Assembly (NCBI GenBank): GCA_031362565.1
Contig: JANLSU010000103.1
Location: 32,001-96,000 of the forward strand
Direction: 5' to 3'
Length of the DNA: 64,000 nucleotides
Source of the DNA: a bacterium
GTDB taxonomy: Bacteria; Krumholzibacteriota; Krumholzibacteriia; G020349025
The number at the start of each line of letters is the position of its first letter. Within the stretch, counting starts at the first letter, position 1. Shown in pieces: positions 61,212 to 64,000 of the stretch. The notes below the pieces were generated by a model. The model saw only the letters and a list, made by a program, of their open reading frames with translations, was not told where the DNA came from and did no database searches. The position numbers and the translations under genes are program-made.

Positions 61212-62699
61212 ATGCGCACGAGAAGGAAGGCACGGATCGCCTGGCTCGCGTTGGTCGTACTGGCGATCGGTTTCGTCTCGTGCGCGGTCAATCCGGTCAC
61301 GGGGCGGCGGCAGTTGAGCCTGTTGTCCGAGTCACAAGAGATCGCCCTCGGCACCGAATCGGATCCGCAAATCATCGCCGAGTACGGCCTCTACGACGAT
61401 CCGCAGGTGCAAGCCTACGTCGATGCGGTCGGCCAGAAGATGGCGCATTTATCGCATCGGCCGAACTTGAAGTTCACGTTCCGGGTTCTCGACTCACCGG
61501 TCATCAATGCGTTCGCGTTGCCGGGTGGTTACATTTATATCACGCGCGGCATTCTGGCCCACATGAACAACGAGGCCGAGCTCGCCATGGTCGTCGGCCA
61601 CGAGATCGGCCATGTGACGGCCCGGCATGGCGCTGAGCAGTACACCCGCCAGCAGATCGCCGGGATCGGGCTCGGCATCGGCTCGGTCTTGAGTGAGCGC
61701 GTGGCGCAGTTCGGCGGTGCGGCGCAGCAAGCGCTCGGGCTCATGTTCCTCAAGTACGGACGTGATGACGAGAATCAGGCCGACGACCTTGGCGTCGAGT
61801 ACGCGTTGCGCGCCGGCTACGACGCCGAAGCCGGCGCCCACTTCTTCGAAGTGCTCGATCGCCAGAGCAAGGAGTCCGGGTCGTCGATGCCGGAATGGCT
61901 GTCGACCCATCCGGCTCCCGAGGGCCGCATTACCCACACGCATGATCTCGCGGTGGCGCGCAAGCCGGAGCACCCGGATGCGACGCGGATCGGCGAAGCC
62001 GGCCACAAATCGCATGTGGACGGCATGATCTTTGGTGACGATCCGCGCCAGGGCTTCATGGACGGCAATGTGTTCAAGCACCCGGCACTGCGTTTCCAGC
62101 TCGAACTGCCGAGCGGTTGGCAAGTTCAGAACACGCCGAACGCGGTGTTGGCGGGGGCGCCGGATCAGAAGGCCGTGCTGCAAATGACGCTCGAGAAGAG
62201 TGGCGGCGTGGGGCCGGCCGAGTATGCGGCCAAACTCGCGCAGTCCGCGAAGGCGACGATCGCGCAAGCCACCGCGGAACGAGTCCACGGCAGCGATGCC
62301 TATGTCGCCATTCTCAATGTGACCGATAACGCTGGTGCCGTGGCGTCGGTGCAGGCGGGATTCGTGCAGCGTGAACGGGGTGGTCCCATCTATCAGATCA
62401 TCGGCCAGGCGGCGCCCGACGCGTTTGCGTCGTATCGCGACAGCTTCGTACACACGATTCGCAGCTTGCAGACGCTTCAGGAGACGGCGGCGTTGCAGAT
62501 TCAACCGAACCGCGTCAAACTCGAAACGATTCGTGGGGCGACGACGCTGTCCCAGGCGTTCGACCGGGCCGGCTCGGTGCCGGTGCCGGTTGCGACGATT
62601 GCCCTCGTGAACAACCTTGCGCCGGCTTCGACGCTCAAAGCCGGGTTCCAGCTCAAACTCGTGCAGGGCGCGTACCGGCCGAAATCGAGCGCCCATTGA
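61212..62699 (+). CDS. M48 family zinc metalloprotease lipoprotein
   Basis: SCAVNPVTG, NAFALPGG, HEIGH, ENQAD, STHP. Confidence 0.93.
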   Translation: MRTRRKARIAWLALVVLAIGFVSCAVNPVTGRRQLSLLSESQEIALGTESDPQIIAEYGLYDDPQVQAYVDAVGQKMAHLSHRPNLKFTFRVLDSPVINAFALPGGYIYITRGILAHMNNEAELAMVVGHEIGHVTARHGAEQYTRQQIAGIGLGIGSVLSERVAQFGGAAQQALGLMFLKYGRDDENQADDLGVEYALRAGYDAEAGAHFFEVLDRQSKESGSSMPEWLSTHPAPEGRITHTHDLAVARKPEHPDATRIGEAGHKSHVDGMIFGDDPRQGFMDGNVFKHPALRFQLELPSGWQVQNTPNAVLAGAPDQKAVLQMTLEKSGGVGPAEYAAKLAQSAKATIAQATAERVHGSDAYVAILNVTDNAGAVASVQAGFVQRERGGPIYQIIGQAAPDAFASYRDSFVHTIRSLQTLQETAALQIQPNRVKLETIRGATTLSQAFDRAGSVPVPVATIALVNNLAPASTLKAGFQLKLVQGAYRPKSSAH

Positions 62700-62804
62700 G
62701 GCCGTGAGCGGGGCGGCGGAATTGCCGGTGCTCCCCTCCGGGTGCATGAGCTAGTCTGGGAAAGAACGCAGCGCGGGCCCCCCCGCCGGAACCGAGGAGA
62801 TTTC

Positions 62805-63761
62805 GTGCGCGCGATCGCCATGCGGCCACGCGGCTTCTGTGCCGGTGTCGACCGCGCCATCGACATCGTCGAGGAAGCCCTGCAGCTCTTCCCAGCGCCG
62901 ATCTACGTGCGCAAGGAAATCGTTCACAACCGCGCCGTGGTGGAAGGGTTTCGCGCCCGCGGCGTCATCTTCGTCGACGCGCTGAGCGAGGTGCCGAACG
63001 GCACGGTGGTGATCTTCAGTGCCCACGGCGTGTCGCCGGCGGTGCAGGACGAAGCCCGGCAACGCCACCTGCAGGTCATCGACGCGACCTGTCCGCTGGT
63101 CACCAAGGTGCATTTCGAAGTGCGGCGGTTCGTGAAACAGGGCTATGACATCGTCCTCATCGGGCACGAGGGGCACGACGAAGTCTTGGGCACGACCGGC
63201 GAGGCGCCCGAACATATCTTTCTGGTCGGCAGCGTCGACGACGTCGAGCATCTCACGGTGCCGCAGACCGAACGCCTGGTGTATTTGACGCAAACGACGT
63301 TGTCGGTCGACGAGACGGTCGAGATCGTCGCGGCGCTGCGCCGCAAGTTTCCGAAGCTGACGCGGCCGCCGAAGGACGACATCTGCTATGCGACCCAGAA
63401 CCGCCAGGAAGCGGTCAAGGCCATGGTGGCCGCGGGTGCCGACTTGGTGCTCGTCGTGGGATCCGAAACCAGTTCGAACTCGATTCGCCTCTGCGAAGTT
63501 GCACACGAGCGCGGGGCGCGCGCCCACCTCATCGATTCGGTCGGCGACATCGACCCGGCGTGGATCGAGGGCGCCCAGGTCGTTGGTGTGACCGCTGGGG
63601 CGTCGGCACCCGAGCACCTCGTGCAGGATGTTCTGGCGTGGTTGCAAGCGCGCGGCGCGGTGGTCGAGGAGTCCGAGATCATCCGCGAGGATGTGCATTT
63701 CGCGCTGCCCCCCGAGTTGGTCGCCGCGCGGCGTGCCGCCGTCGCGGCCAATCGAACCTGA
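62805..63761 (+). CDS. ispH: 4-hydroxy-3-methylbut-2-enyl diphosphate reductase
   Basis: PRGFCAGVDRA, EIVHN, SAHGV, DATCPLV, QTTLS, ICYATQNRQ, SSNS, TAGASAP. Confidence 0.97.
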   Translation: MRAIAMRPRGFCAGVDRAIDIVEEALQLFPAPIYVRKEIVHNRAVVEGFRARGVIFVDALSEVPNGTVVIFSAHGVSPAVQDEARQRHLQVIDATCPLVTKVHFEVRRFVKQGYDIVLIGHEGHDEVLGTTGEAPEHIFLVGSVDDVEHLTVPQTERLVYLTQTTLSVDETVEIVAALRRKFPKLTRPPKDDICYATQNRQEAVKAMVAAGADLVLVVGSETSSNSIRLCEVAHERGARAHLIDSVGDIDPAWIEGAQVVGVTAGASAPEHLVQDVLAWLQARGAVVEESEIIREDVHFALPPELVAARRAAVAANRT

Positions 63762-63794
63762 CGACCCTCTCGACGACGCTCGATAGTTGACGAG

Positions 63795-63998
63795 CTACGG
63801 TACAGGTTCCCCCGTCAACACCCGCGCCGCCTGGGCTGAATCTGCCATCGCAATCAGCAAGGGCATGAGCGCCCGAGCCACCTTGTCGTGCCCCGCCGGC
63901 CGCCAGTGCGTGTCACGTTGGAAGTAATCGCTGGGCGCAAGAATGTTGCGGCCATCGACGCAGCTTGCACCCCATTCCCGTACGTCGCCGGCCGTGAG
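63795..63998 (-). CDS. C-terminal end of an SGNH/AlgJ-like protein (runs off window end)
   Basis: My translation gives ...DYFQRDTHWRPAGHDKVARAL...*; D-x-H-W motif. Confidence 0.65.
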   Translation of the reverse strand, partial: LTAGDVREWGASCVDGRNILAPSDYFQRDTHWRPAGHDKVARALMPLLIAMADSAQAARVLTGEPVP

Positions 63999-64000
63999 CG

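Overview
High-GC (visually about 68-70%) bacterial chromosomal window, densely coding, with no rRNA, tRNA, CRISPR array, IS or prophage that I can see. The gene content suggests a diderm FCB-group-like lineage (TonB receptor, beta-barrels, FlgD-Ig-type C-terminal domain, GSIII); this taxonomy is inference only. Most genes are housekeeping or envelope genes: cydB end, GSIII, citrate synthase, gmd/rmd/GT4, AddAB-like pair, lepB, acyl-CoA dehydrogenase, several peptidases, ispH, and a TPP-riboswitch-controlled TonB receptor. The standout is a translationally coupled operon queE - class III aminotransferase - LuxE-like acyl-activating enzyme - LuxC-like acyl reductase (41795-46337), with no queC/queF and no luxAB/D in the window. 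Its predicted chemistry (acid -> thioester -> aldehyde -> amine) would convert the QueE product CDG to preQ1, so it is a candidate nitrile-free, QueC/QueF-independent queuosine-precursor route. Secondary signals are several unexplained structured RNAs (GSIII 5' leader, 29429-29576, and a sigma54-linked hairpin at 36865-37012), a Cys-less PTPS-III-type QueD homologue, an AddA with a decayed nuclease, two apparent pseudoenzymes and unannotated small ORFs. All family calls come from motif reading by eye; no database was searched.
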